The notes under the pieces: model-generated
Database searches by the model: none
Seen by the model: the letters and a program-made list of their open reading frames with translations, nothing else
What the model was told of the DNA's origin: nothing
In this document: in pieces, positions 41,649-50,430 of the stretch
Position numbering within the stretch: the stretch's first letter is position 1
Layout of the letters: each line of letters starts with the position of its first letter
From: Candidatus Moraniibacteriota bacterium
Lineage (GTDB): Bacteria; Patescibacteriota; Minisyncoccia; Moranbacterales; UBA2206
Assembly (NCBI GenBank): GCA_030645735.1
Contig: JAUSNP010000004.1
Span: 76,739 to 127,460, forward strand
DNA: 50,722 bases
Direction of reading: 5' to 3'
Made by a program: the position numbers and the translations under genes

Positions 41649-43607
41649 TTATTTCAACTGCAACTTTCGCAACTGCAAAATCTCATCGCGAATGATGGCT
41701 GCTTTTTCAAATTGCAAGGCTTTGGAAGCTGCTTTCATTTCTTTTTCTTTTTGCCGGATATAACCCTGCACATCTTCCAAGGATTCCAACTCGGAGAAAT
41801 CACGCGTGAATTCTGGCTTGATTTCATGATCCACAATTGATTCAATGTTTTTCTTGATGGTTTGTGGTGTGATGTGATGTTTTTTGTTATACGCTGTTTG
41901 CACTGCGCGTCGGCGATTGGTTTCATCAATCGCCCGCTTCATGGAACCGGTGATTTTGTCCGCATACAAAATGACGCGTCCGGAAACATTGCGCGCTGCC
42001 CGCCCAATAGTTTGAATCAATGATGTTTCACTGCGCAAGAAGCCTTCTTTGTCAGCATCCAAAATTGCCACCAAGGAAACTTCTGGCAAATCCAAGCCTT
42101 CACGCAAAAGATTGACACCCACCAAAACATCAAATTCTCCGCGTCGCAAATTTTCCAAAATCCGAATGCGATCCAGCGTGTCCACATCAGAATGCAGATA
42201 TTCCGTCTTGATGCTATTTTCTTTCAAAAATTCTGACAAATCTTCCGCCATCTTTTTCGTCAGCGTGGTAATCAAAACTCGCTCCTGCTTGGCCACCACT
42301 TTTTCAATCTCCGGCAAAATGTCTTTGACTTGACCCTTAGCTGGCTTGATTACAATTTCTGGATCAATGAGACCGGTGGGTCGAATAATTTGTTCCAACA
42401 CCTGCGCTGAATTTTTCTTTTCATATTCCGCTGGTGTAGCCGAAGTAAAAATCATCTGATTGATTTTCTTTTCAAATTCAACAAACTTCAAGGGTCGATT
42501 ATCATAAGCGCTCGGCAAGCGAAAACCATTTTCCACCAAAGCCGTCTTGCGCGAAAAATCACCATTGAACATCCCGCCAATTTGGGGAATGGTCACATGT
42601 GATTCATCCACCACCATCAAAAAGTCCTTCGGAAAATAGTCGATCAAAGTGTCTGGCGCCTCACCAGCATTTCTGCCAGTCAAATAGCGGGAATAATTTT
42701 CAATCCCGTTGCAATAGCCAATTTCACGCATCATCTCAATGTCTTGGCGTGTGCGACGACTCAATCTTTCGGCTTCCAAAAGTTTGCCGGCCTTTTTCAA
42801 GAGTGCCACTTGTTTTTCCAAATCCTTTTCAATCGAGCTTTGCGCTTCTTGCATGATTGGTTCCGGCACCACAAAATGCTTGGCCGGGAAAATCATCACT
42901 TGTTCCAACTTGCCCAACTCGCTACCTGTCAAAAAATCATATTCAAAAATCTTTTTCACTTTGGAATCGTGCAATTCAATGCGCGTCACAATCTCGCGTG
43001 CCGGCGACATGATCTCCACCGTCTCACCCGTCATGCGAAACTTGGAACGCCCCAACATATCGGTGCGCAGATATTGCATCTCGATCAACTCACGAGAAAT
43101 TTCATCACGTGAAATTTTTTGTCCCACTTTGATTTCCATCGCGATGTCGCGATAATATTCTGGTGAACCCAAGCCATAAATACACGACACTGAGGCCACA
43201 ATAATCACGTCCGTGCGTGACAACAAGGCCGCCGTGGATGCATGGCGCAATCGATCAATCTCTTCGTTGATTTGCGATTCCTTTTCAATATAGGTGTCAC
43301 TGGATGCGATATAAGCTTCCGGCTGATAATAGTCATAATAAGACACGAAATATTCCACCGCGTTTTTCGGAAAAAAAGTGCGAAACTCTTGCGCCAATTG
43401 GGCGGCCAAAGTTTTGTTGGGTGCAATGACTAAGGTCGGCTTTTGCACCTGCTCAATCACGTTGGCAATCGTGAAAGTCTTGCCCGAGCCAGTCACACCC
43501 AAAAGCGTCTGAAATTTCTGCCCAGCTTTGAGACCTTTGACCAATCCCGCAATCGCCTGAGGTTGGTCGCCAGATGGCACATATTTTGAGTTAATCTTGA
43601 ATTTCAT
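41649..43607 (-). CDS. uvrB: Excinuclease ABC subunit B
   Basis: Walker A GVTGSGKT, VDESH, helicase C-terminal motifs, and the C-terminal UVR domain FEKAAIIRDEILQLRK. Confidence 0.92.
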   Translation of the reverse strand: MKFKINSKYVPSGDQPQAIAGLVKGLKAGQKFQTLLGVTGSGKTFTIANVIEQVQKPTLVIAPNKTLAAQLAQEFRTFFPKNAVEYFVSYYDYYQPEAYIASSDTYIEKESQINEEIDRLRHASTAALLSRTDVIIVASVSCIYGLGSPEYYRDIAMEIKVGQKISRDEISRELIEMQYLRTDMLGRSKFRMTGETVEIMSPAREIVTRIELHDSKVKKIFEYDFLTGSELGKLEQVMIFPAKHFVVPEPIMQEAQSSIEKDLEKQVALLKKAGKLLEAERLSRRTRQDIEMMREIGYCNGIENYSRYLTGRNAGEAPDTLIDYFPKDFLMVVDESHVTIPQIGGMFNGDFSRKTALVENGFRLPSAYDNRPLKFVEFEKKINQMIFTSATPAEYEKKNSAQVLEQIIRPTGLIDPEIVIKPAKGQVKDILPEIEKVVAKQERVLITTLTKKMAEDLSEFLKENSIKTEYLHSDVDTLDRIRILENLRRGEFDVLVGVNLLREGLDLPEVSLVAILDADKEGFLRSETSLIQTIGRAARNVSGRVILYADKITGSMKRAIDETNRRRAVQTAYNKKHHITPQTIKKNIESIVDHEIKPEFTRDFSELESLEDVQGYIRQKEKEMKAASKALQFEKAAIIRDEILQLRKLQLK

Positions 43608-43638
43608 ATCGTTATGTTTGTGCTATAATTAAACCACA

Positions 43639-43749
43639 ATGGAAAAGAAAGTGAAAGCGACAAAAAGGGAAAGTAAAAAGAAGCTGAAAATGAAAGTTTC
43701 CGGCAAGAGTGTTTTTAAATTGAAAGACATTATTATTAAAAAAGCTTAA
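43639..43749 (+). CDS. Candidate 36-aa Lys-rich ORF (possibly leaderless)
   Basis: My translation is MEKKVKATKRESKKKLKMKVSGKSVFKLKDIIIKKA. The ATG lies 10 nt after an exact TGCTATAAT at 43621-43629. There is no Shine-Dalgarno, and the ORF is below the track cut-off. Confidence 0.25.
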   Translation: MEKKVKATKRESKKKLKMKVSGKSVFKLKDIIIKKA

Positions 43750-43799
43750 CAAATTGAATTGACCAAATCAATCCATTGTGATAAGCTACTATAAGTTTT

Positions 43800-44162
43800 A
43801 TGAGAGTTTTAATTAGGATTTTAGCCAATTGCGCCGCTATTCTCATAGCTGCCAAATACATTCCGGGATTCATTTTTTCCGGTTCACCAACAGATCTTTT
43901 GATTGCTGGAATAGTGATTGGGCTAATCAACGGCCTAATCAAGCCAATTATTGAACTGATTGCCCTGCCAGTTGTGTTTCTAACCTTGGGACTATTTAAC
44001 ATCATTATCAATGTTGGGCTAATGCTTCTTGCGGACAAATTTCTGACCCAACTGACAATTGAAGGGTTCTGGCCAGCTTTCTGGGGCGTAGTCGTCATCA
44101 GTGTGGTAAATCATTTGATCTCGCACATGAGCAAAAATACAGGAGATGTAAATAAATTTTAA
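43800..44162 (+). CDS. Four-TM membrane protein of the phage-holin-4-like family
   Basis: IPGFIFSG..LIAGIVIGLINGLIKPIIELIALPVVFLTLGLFNIIINVGLMLLADKF..IEGFWPAF matches the conserved layout of that family. Confidence 0.65.
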   Translation: MRVLIRILANCAAILIAAKYIPGFIFSGSPTDLLIAGIVIGLINGLIKPIIELIALPVVFLTLGLFNIIINVGLMLLADKFLTQLTIEGFWPAFWGVVVISVVNHLISHMSKNTGDVNKF

Positions 44163-44175
44163 TATTTGAATAAAC

Positions 44176-44406
44176 ATGCTAAAAATTATCAACATAGCTG
44201 AAATTATCGTGGCCATCTTGCTCATCATTTCAATTTTGATGCAAAATCGTGGCGCTGGATTGTCGTCCACTTTTGGTGGAGACTTCGGAGGATATTATAG
44301 CAAGCGAGGATTTGAAAAATTTCTAACCTTATTCTCCTCTGCTCTCGCTGTAGCTTTCGTTGTTCTAGCCATCGTCAATCTAGTGCTGGCCAACAAACTT
44401 TCATAA
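44176..44406 (+). CDS. secG: Preprotein translocase subunit SecG
   Basis: 76 aa with two TM helices and the loop MQNRGAGLSSTFGG. Confidence 0.75.
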   Translation: MLKIINIAEIIVAILLIISILMQNRGAGLSSTFGGDFGGYYSKRGFEKFLTLFSSALAVAFVVLAIVNLVLANKLS

Positions 44407-44518
44407 TTAGTAAGACAAACATATTAGTAACAACTTCAAAAATCGTTGGCCGTCACTCAGTCAGTGGTCAAAAATAACTCAGGTTCTCAATCTAAAAGAA
44501 AAAATCACTTTCTATGCG

Positions 44519-46135
44519 TTGTTAGTTATCTTGATTAGCTCGCTAGTTGGTTGGGGTTTGATGTTTTATTATTCAAAAACCACAGTTATTGCTGACTTTG
44601 GCGGAGAATACATTGAAGGCGTGGTTGGACAACCGCTGCACATCAATCCGATTCTTTCAGTTTCCAACAATGCGGATGATGATTTGTCACAAATGATTTT
44701 CAGCAGCCTTTTCAAATATGATAACCAAGGCAAACTCATCAATGATCTTGTCGACAACTATGAAGTTTCGGACGACAAAACTCAATATACCGTTCATTTG
44801 AAAAATAATGCGCAATGGCATGACGGACAACCGCTGACAGCAACTGATGTGCTTTTCACTATCAACCTAATTGCAGATCCAGCCTACAAAAGTCCCTTGC
44901 GATCCAACTGGCAAGGCATTGAGACTAATAGCTCCGATGACTATACTTTGAATTTTCAAATCAAAACCCCCTATGTTGGATTTCTCAATAATCTGACTTT
45001 TGGAATTTTGCCTAAGCATATCTGGGAATCGATTGGACCAGACAAATTTTCTTTGACTAATCTCAATTTAGAACCTATTGGTAGCGGGCCCTACAAATAT
45101 AGTCCGTCTTTTATGAAAGATTCTGCTGGCAACATTCTTTCTTACAAATTGGCTGCTAATCCCAATTATTTTGGAGGTAAGCCCTATATATCTAAAATAA
45201 CTTTCAATTTCTATCCGGATGATGACTCAGTTATCACCGCCTACAACCAAAAAGAAGTTATGGGCATCAGTAATGTTTCGCCCAAGAAGCTAGCCGCAAT
45301 CAAACTGCAGCAAAGCACGGCCGTTCATAAATTCAATATTCCTAGATATTTTGCGGTTTTCTTTAATCAAACTAAAAGCGTGCCCTTGGCCGATGATGAA
45401 GTGCGCAAAGCCCTAAATCTAGCCACTGATCGCCAAGAAATTATCAGTTCCGTTTTGGATGGCAACGGTAATCCTGTTTATTCTCCGATTCTACCTGGAA
45501 TGATTGGCTATGATGCTGATGACAGTAAGACCAATTTTGACCTAGATCAGGCTAACAAAATTTTAGATGACAACAAATGGAAGCGCAATGAAGACGGCTG
45601 GAGAAGCAAGGGCGACACACAATTACAAATCAATCTTGCTACTACTGATTGGCCTGAACTTTCCCAAACAGCGGAAATCATCAAATCTCAATGGGAGAAA
45701 GTCGGCGTCAAAGTTGAAGTCAACAATCTCTCTATTTCTGACATTCAACAAAATTACATTCGTCCGCGAGAATATGAAGCTTTGCTTTTTGGACAAGTCA
45801 TGGGGGCTGACCCCGATCCATATTCTTTCTGGCATTCCACACAAAAAAGAGACCCAGGCTTGAATTTGGCGCTCTTTGGCGACACTGACACTGACAAGCT
45901 CATTGAGGATGGACGCACCGAATTTGACACCGAAAAACGCGCCACCATCTATCATGATTTCCAAAATAAATTGACTGATGAAATTCCTGCCGTTTTCCTC
46001 TACAGCCCTGACTATGTCTATCCAGTCAACAAAAAAATTCAAGGCGTCGATATTACAAACCTAATCCTGCCCTCCGAACGCTTTGCCAACATCGACAAAT
46101 GGTACATCAATACCAAAAGAATTTGGAATAAATAA
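44519..46135 (+). CDS. ABC transporter substrate-binding protein, family 5 (peptide/nickel type)
   Basis: An N-terminal anchor, then the family-5 layout (..PLHINPIL.., ..NAQWHDGQPLTATDV.., ..PDPYSFWHS..). The track start is a TTG. The reading frame stays open upstream to 44414, so the true start is uncertain. Confidence 0.8.
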   Translation: MLVILISSLVGWGLMFYYSKTTVIADFGGEYIEGVVGQPLHINPILSVSNNADDDLSQMIFSSLFKYDNQGKLINDLVDNYEVSDDKTQYTVHLKNNAQWHDGQPLTATDVLFTINLIADPAYKSPLRSNWQGIETNSSDDYTLNFQIKTPYVGFLNNLTFGILPKHIWESIGPDKFSLTNLNLEPIGSGPYKYSPSFMKDSAGNILSYKLAANPNYFGGKPYISKITFNFYPDDDSVITAYNQKEVMGISNVSPKKLAAIKLQQSTAVHKFNIPRYFAVFFNQTKSVPLADDEVRKALNLATDRQEIISSVLDGNGNPVYSPILPGMIGYDADDSKTNFDLDQANKILDDNKWKRNEDGWRSKGDTQLQINLATTDWPELSQTAEIIKSQWEKVGVKVEVNNLSISDIQQNYIRPREYEALLFGQVMGADPDPYSFWHSTQKRDPGLNLALFGDTDTDKLIEDGRTEFDTEKRATIYHDFQNKLTDEIPAVFLYSPDYVYPVNKKIQGVDITNLILPSERFANIDKWYINTKRIWNK

Positions 46136-46154
46136 ATTCTTTCAATAAAACCTC

Positions 46155-46176
46155 AAAGCTCCGCAAGGAGCTTTTT
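46155..46176 (+). terminator. Rho-independent terminator
   Basis: The sequence is aaagctcc-gcaa-ggagcttttt. Confidence 0.65.
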
Positions 46177-46207
46177 GATTGTTCACAATTCTTCTTTTAC
46201 CAAAGAA

Positions 46208-46378
46208 CAGGGTGTCCATTTTCTTTGGCAGCAAAGAAAGTGGACGAAAAGAAACTGCTGCCCAGACTCGTGCTGTCTAAATTTCTAGCTTACTCGCTAA
46301 AATTCCAATAAGAACGCTAAAAGGATTGCTAGTATGTAATTTCTTAACGCTCGTGCGCTGAAATTTAGAAACGCACTT
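46208..46378 (-). repeat. Mosaic repeat element, copy X2 (inverted, diverged, with an internal ~33-nt deletion)
   Basis: The start cagggtgtccattttctttggcagcaaagaaagtgg matches the reverse complement of 31306-31349. The segment cgctaaaattccaataagaacgctaaaaggattgctagtatg...tttagaaacgcac matches the reverse complement of 31141-31232. Confidence 0.75.
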
Positions 46379-46530
46379 CGTAATGGGCGAAACGGTTTTT
46401 TTGTTTTTTTGAGTTGTTAGTTTAAAAAAAATAATCACGCACTCGCGGAATACCAAGATACAAATTGAAACTTACGAGCACTAAAAAATGCTGGTCCGGC
46501 GCGGGGCAACCGGCATTTTTTTGCGAGAAA

Positions 46531-46612
46531 GTTGAAAATTTGTCTTGGTATGTAGCTGTGCGGCCTTTTTCTTTTTTGCCACTTTTCTTTTGGGAAAAGA
46601 AAAATGGCGTAC
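46531..46612 (+). repeat. Mosaic repeat element, partial copy X3 (81 of 82 nt identical to 31233-31314)
   Basis: gttgaaaatttgtcttggtatgTagctgtgcggcctttttcttttttgccacttttcttttgggaaaagaaaaatggcgtac differs from X1 at a single position. An inverted fragment, ataccaagatacaaattgaaac, lies at 46450-46471. Confidence 0.85.
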
Positions 46613-46645
46613 CGTATTTTTATGCAATAAAAATAACGTGCAATT

Positions 46646-46676
46646 AAAAAACTCATCCTTGCGAATGAGTTTTTTT
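46646..46676. terminator. Bidirectional terminator hairpin
   Basis: The sequence is aaaaaactcat-ccttgcg-aatgagttttttt. Confidence 0.65.
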
Positions 46677-46683
46677 GTTGAAG

Positions 46684-48528
46684 CTATTTGATGTTGTCTG
46701 GAATATTTTGAATATCTTGTGGTGTAATATTGTAAATCAAGATCGATGTTCCAACTTGATAAACTGGCTTGATGTTTTTCAGCCAACGATAACTCATATT
46801 GTCTGCAATGTTAGTGTTGTAAGTGCTTTCTTGTAGGAAGAGGACGGAGATGGCATACCAACCAGTTTCGATTGGTCTTTTTGCCCCCCACCATTTTTCA
46901 TATCTATCACCAAGATAATAATTCAAATCGGCCATACCAAAATAATCTGTTTTAATTTTTGTTATTCCTGGATGATCCGCCAAAAATATTTTAAACCTCT
47001 TTAAGTCTTGCCCCCAATCAGTATTGGAGTCAGTGGCAACTTTATAACCTTGTTTGGATCCACTGACTAGAGAGTTGAAATAGGATGTGTAATAGGGGTA
47101 AGCAGAGATTGTCCCTGCAACTAAAAAGATTGTGAGACCAGAAATCATGATGTTGAAAATAAGTTTGCTTTGATGATGTCTATGTTTCAAAAATCTAAAA
47201 ATTCCGACAGAGACTAGGATATAGATAAATGGTAACATCGGAAAGAGGTGACGAAAGCCAATATTGAGTTTGCCGGTAATACTGGTGATGGCATAGAGAA
47301 GAATAAAAATAAACATAGAAAATTCCACGATACTGGTGCGGAGATAATGGGTGATGTTTTTGCGAATTTTAGCAAAGAAATTTTCTGATGGTGCAATTGT
47401 TGATTTGATGATTTTTGTAAAAGCTATAATCAGCGAGAATAGGATGAAGAATAAAATTGGCAAAGGTTCTTTGATTAGGAATACAATTGGGAAATAGGCA
47501 AAGAATCCTTGAGTATTCACCTCGCCCATGAGATAGGCTACATTTCCACCACCAACTCGTTGGAAGACACGCAGTACCCCAAAAAGATAATCAGCTAGCG
47601 GCATCAAAGCTGGATGATCATTAATGGAGACGAGAAATTCACGCGTATAAACGATGGCGGGTCGAGTATCACCTGGTTTGAAATAGTGACTGATAATTTC
47701 CGGCAATTTAGTTTGCGGCATGTTGTAGGCGCTGACAAAGTAGGCGATATAAACTAGGACTAGCGAAACTGCAAAAGCCGAAAATCCTTTCAGCAAATAT
47801 TCGCCAAGTGTAGCTAGTTTACTTTTATTATTATCTCGGTGCAGTTTCACGAAGGGATAAATTATTAGCACTAGACCAAAAACAGGAAACAAGAGAACAG
47901 AAGAAAATTTTGTTAATTGAACTAGCGCTAGGAAGAATCCTCCAATAAAAACATTTTTCCACGACGGCTGCTTAATAAATTTGAGAAAATAATAAAAAGA
48001 AAAAGTCATAAAGGCAGCGATGCCCAGATCAGTGGTGACGAAATGATTGTGTCCAAGAATGTTTGGGTCAAAAGCATACAAAGTCAGAGCAAATAATCCG
48101 GCAATTGTACCAGCCATTTCTTTGGTCCATTTGAAAATGAAAAGACCAAAAACAAGAGAAAGCAGAATGATTGGCAGGCGTGACCAGAAAATTATCTGAT
48201 CTGGATTATTGCCAGCGCCAAAAAGGAAATATTTGCCAGCATTCCACTGACTGGCATCAGCGTTGTCTTTGGTCCAGAAGTCTTGGGTGACATCGAATTT
48301 CGGTTGCAGAAAAAGCAAAGGTAGTGCAGCTAGATCTTTGAGGAGGGGTGGATGCTCAGGATTCAACCGAATATCTTGCTGAATCAGGTAGCTATAGCCC
48401 GCTGGAATGTGCGCTTCTTCGTCATAAATCAAAGCATCATTCTGGGCGTTCAAAAGTGAGACGACGGTCATGAAGGCTAAAATGGCAATTATGATTGTGG
48501 CTTGATATTTTTCTAAGAATTTTTTCAT
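46684..48528 (-). CDS. GT-C-fold membrane glycosyltransferase (family 39/83-like)
   Basis: 614 aa with more than 10 TM helices, a first-loop acidic motif YDEEAH and a C-terminal soluble domain. Confidence 0.6.
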   Translation of the reverse strand: MKKFLEKYQATIIIAILAFMTVVSLLNAQNDALIYDEEAHIPAGYSYLIQQDIRLNPEHPPLLKDLAALPLLFLQPKFDVTQDFWTKDNADASQWNAGKYFLFGAGNNPDQIIFWSRLPIILLSLVFGLFIFKWTKEMAGTIAGLFALTLYAFDPNILGHNHFVTTDLGIAAFMTFSFYYFLKFIKQPSWKNVFIGGFFLALVQLTKFSSVLLFPVFGLVLIIYPFVKLHRDNNKSKLATLGEYLLKGFSAFAVSLVLVYIAYFVSAYNMPQTKLPEIISHYFKPGDTRPAIVYTREFLVSINDHPALMPLADYLFGVLRVFQRVGGGNVAYLMGEVNTQGFFAYFPIVFLIKEPLPILFFILFSLIIAFTKIIKSTIAPSENFFAKIRKNITHYLRTSIVEFSMFIFILLYAITSITGKLNIGFRHLFPMLPFIYILVSVGIFRFLKHRHHQSKLIFNIMISGLTIFLVAGTISAYPYYTSYFNSLVSGSKQGYKVATDSNTDWGQDLKRFKIFLADHPGITKIKTDYFGMADLNYYLGDRYEKWWGAKRPIETGWYAISVLFLQESTYNTNIADNMSYRWLKNIKPVYQVGTSILIYNITPQDIQNIPDNIK

Positions 48529-48529
48529 A

Positions 48530-50116
48530 TTATTTTTTTAAAATATAATAAACACTCCCTGGTGAGGGCTTGATTTCTTGTAGGGTCAGATCTGGAAAAA
48601 CAACTTTCAGTCGGCTCTCGGTGTCAGCATCTTTGCCAGTTAGGATAATGATGAAATCATTAGTTTTTGGTCTAATTTGATCAAAGTTTTGCCACGAATA
48701 AAGATAGATTGTGTTGGGTGATTTGAGATTGAAAATTTGAATTGGCAAACGATCTAGGGGGCTGTGATAGGGACCAAAACTATTGACAATGAATTTTTCT
48801 TCGGAGGCTGGCAGGGTTTTGATGAGTCTGGATATGTCAGTCAGATTTTTATCAAATTCTTCAGCGGCCTTAGGGACTTTCGGCATGAAATAGAAATATT
48901 TTACAGCATTGAAAACGCCAATCAAAATAAAAATCAAAATTAATAGAGAATAGATGGCTTTGCGGGAAAAATAGAGTTGTTTTTCAGCTCTGGAAAAAAA
49001 GTATTCAAAAGTGATGGCGCCAAAGATGAAAACTACTGGCAAAGTTCCAATCGCTCGCAGGGCATGTGGGTTGCCTTCGGCGGAAAGAAATTCTGGTGCC
49101 AGCATAATTAAAAACCAAGAAACAAGAAAAAAGTAGATTTCTAATTCAGTTTGCTTGATTTTTTTAAATATTCGCAGATAAAAAAGATGAAAGAATTTTA
49201 GGCAAACGAAGATTAGGCCAAACATAAAAGCGGTACCGCTGAATGGATCGAGAATTGGATAGGGTGGATAGTTGTGGCGCCAGTTTTGATCGCCGACTAA
49301 ATTGTATTTGATAAGACTGAGAGAAAAATTCTGCAAAATGAGCCCAGTCAAGTTGCCTTTGTTTATTTCTGGAGAAAAAACTGAGATATCATCAACCGGC
49401 GCATGCACAAATTTTGGATTGGCATAGAGCGTATAAATCATTGGAAGAGCAACTAGAGTGAGAGTGAAGGTAAAAACTAGGATATTTTTACAATATTCTT
49501 TCAAAAAATTTTTGCGCGACAATACGAAAGCTATCAACATAAAGAAAAGAATGAGAGGGGCAATCCGCCAGGCAATATAGGTGTGGGCGCCGATGCCAAA
49601 AATCAAGCCACTCAAGGCAAAATCCCACCATTTTTTGGTGCGGATGCCTCGGAAAAGGAAATAGAAAGCAAAAGTCAGCACAAATGGCAACATATTGGCG
49701 CGAAAAGAAATCCGTCCGAAATTGATAGACCAATATGACACCGTCACCAAGAAAGCCGAAACGAGCGCCATGCGTTCTTTCTTGAAAAGTTCTTTGGTCA
49801 AAAGATATGTGCCCAAAATTGTCAGTGTGCTGAAAATGATGGATGGCAATTTCAAAGTCAGAATGCTGATGCCGAAAAGTTTGAAGCACAAAGCGATGAG
49901 ATTGATGAAAAGTCCTTCGCGTCCCTCATTGGCTGGATAGAAAAGTTCATAGTTGCCAGAATCTGTGGCTTTGTAGGCATCCTCGCCATTCATCGCTTCA
50001 TCCGGAAAAATTCCCAGTGGCAATGTGTCAATGTGATAGGAACGTAAAAACAATCCAAACACAACTATGAAAAATAGCAAAGAATAGGTCAATATTTTTT
50101 TATTTTTGGCAGTCAT
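48530..50116 (-). CDS. GT-C-fold membrane glycosyltransferase (ArnT/PMT-like)
   Basis: 528 aa, polytopic, with first-loop motif FPDEAMNGEDAY. It sits immediately upstream of its paralog, separated by 1 nt. Confidence 0.65.
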   Translation of the reverse strand: MTAKNKKILTYSLLFFIVVFGLFLRSYHIDTLPLGIFPDEAMNGEDAYKATDSGNYELFYPANEGREGLFINLIALCFKLFGISILTLKLPSIIFSTLTILGTYLLTKELFKKERMALVSAFLVTVSYWSINFGRISFRANMLPFVLTFAFYFLFRGIRTKKWWDFALSGLIFGIGAHTYIAWRIAPLILFFMLIAFVLSRKNFLKEYCKNILVFTFTLTLVALPMIYTLYANPKFVHAPVDDISVFSPEINKGNLTGLILQNFSLSLIKYNLVGDQNWRHNYPPYPILDPFSGTAFMFGLIFVCLKFFHLFYLRIFKKIKQTELEIYFFLVSWFLIMLAPEFLSAEGNPHALRAIGTLPVVFIFGAITFEYFFSRAEKQLYFSRKAIYSLLILIFILIGVFNAVKYFYFMPKVPKAAEEFDKNLTDISRLIKTLPASEEKFIVNSFGPYHSPLDRLPIQIFNLKSPNTIYLYSWQNFDQIRPKTNDFIIILTGKDADTESRLKVVFPDLTLQEIKPSPGSVYYILKK

Positions 50117-50224
50117 ATTTTAGTTTTTATTTTAACTCAGCCTGTCAACTAAATAATAGCATATTCGTGGCTCTCTCAAAAGCCTTTTTTGAGTTATGCA
50201 CAGTTTCAGAAATGAGTTGGTTTG

Positions 50225-50233
50225 TGGTATAAT
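50225..50233 (+). promoter_or_regulatory. Extended -10 element TGGTATAAT
   Basis: tggtataat lies about 200 nt upstream of the ATG at 50431. Confidence 0.35.
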
Positions 50234-50430
50234 TTAAGAGATAAAAATTCTAAAATATACTCAAGGAGTAGTTGTTTGCTATAGAAAAGATAATTCATTC
50301 GTGGCAGATATATTTTATTTGAAAAGCTCTGGATTGCGGTAAGAAAATAGATGTAGGCTGAAGAAAAGATCATTAGAGGTAAAACCGAAGCAACAATAGA
50401 CAGGTTTAAAAAAGAAGTTAAATAAATTTT

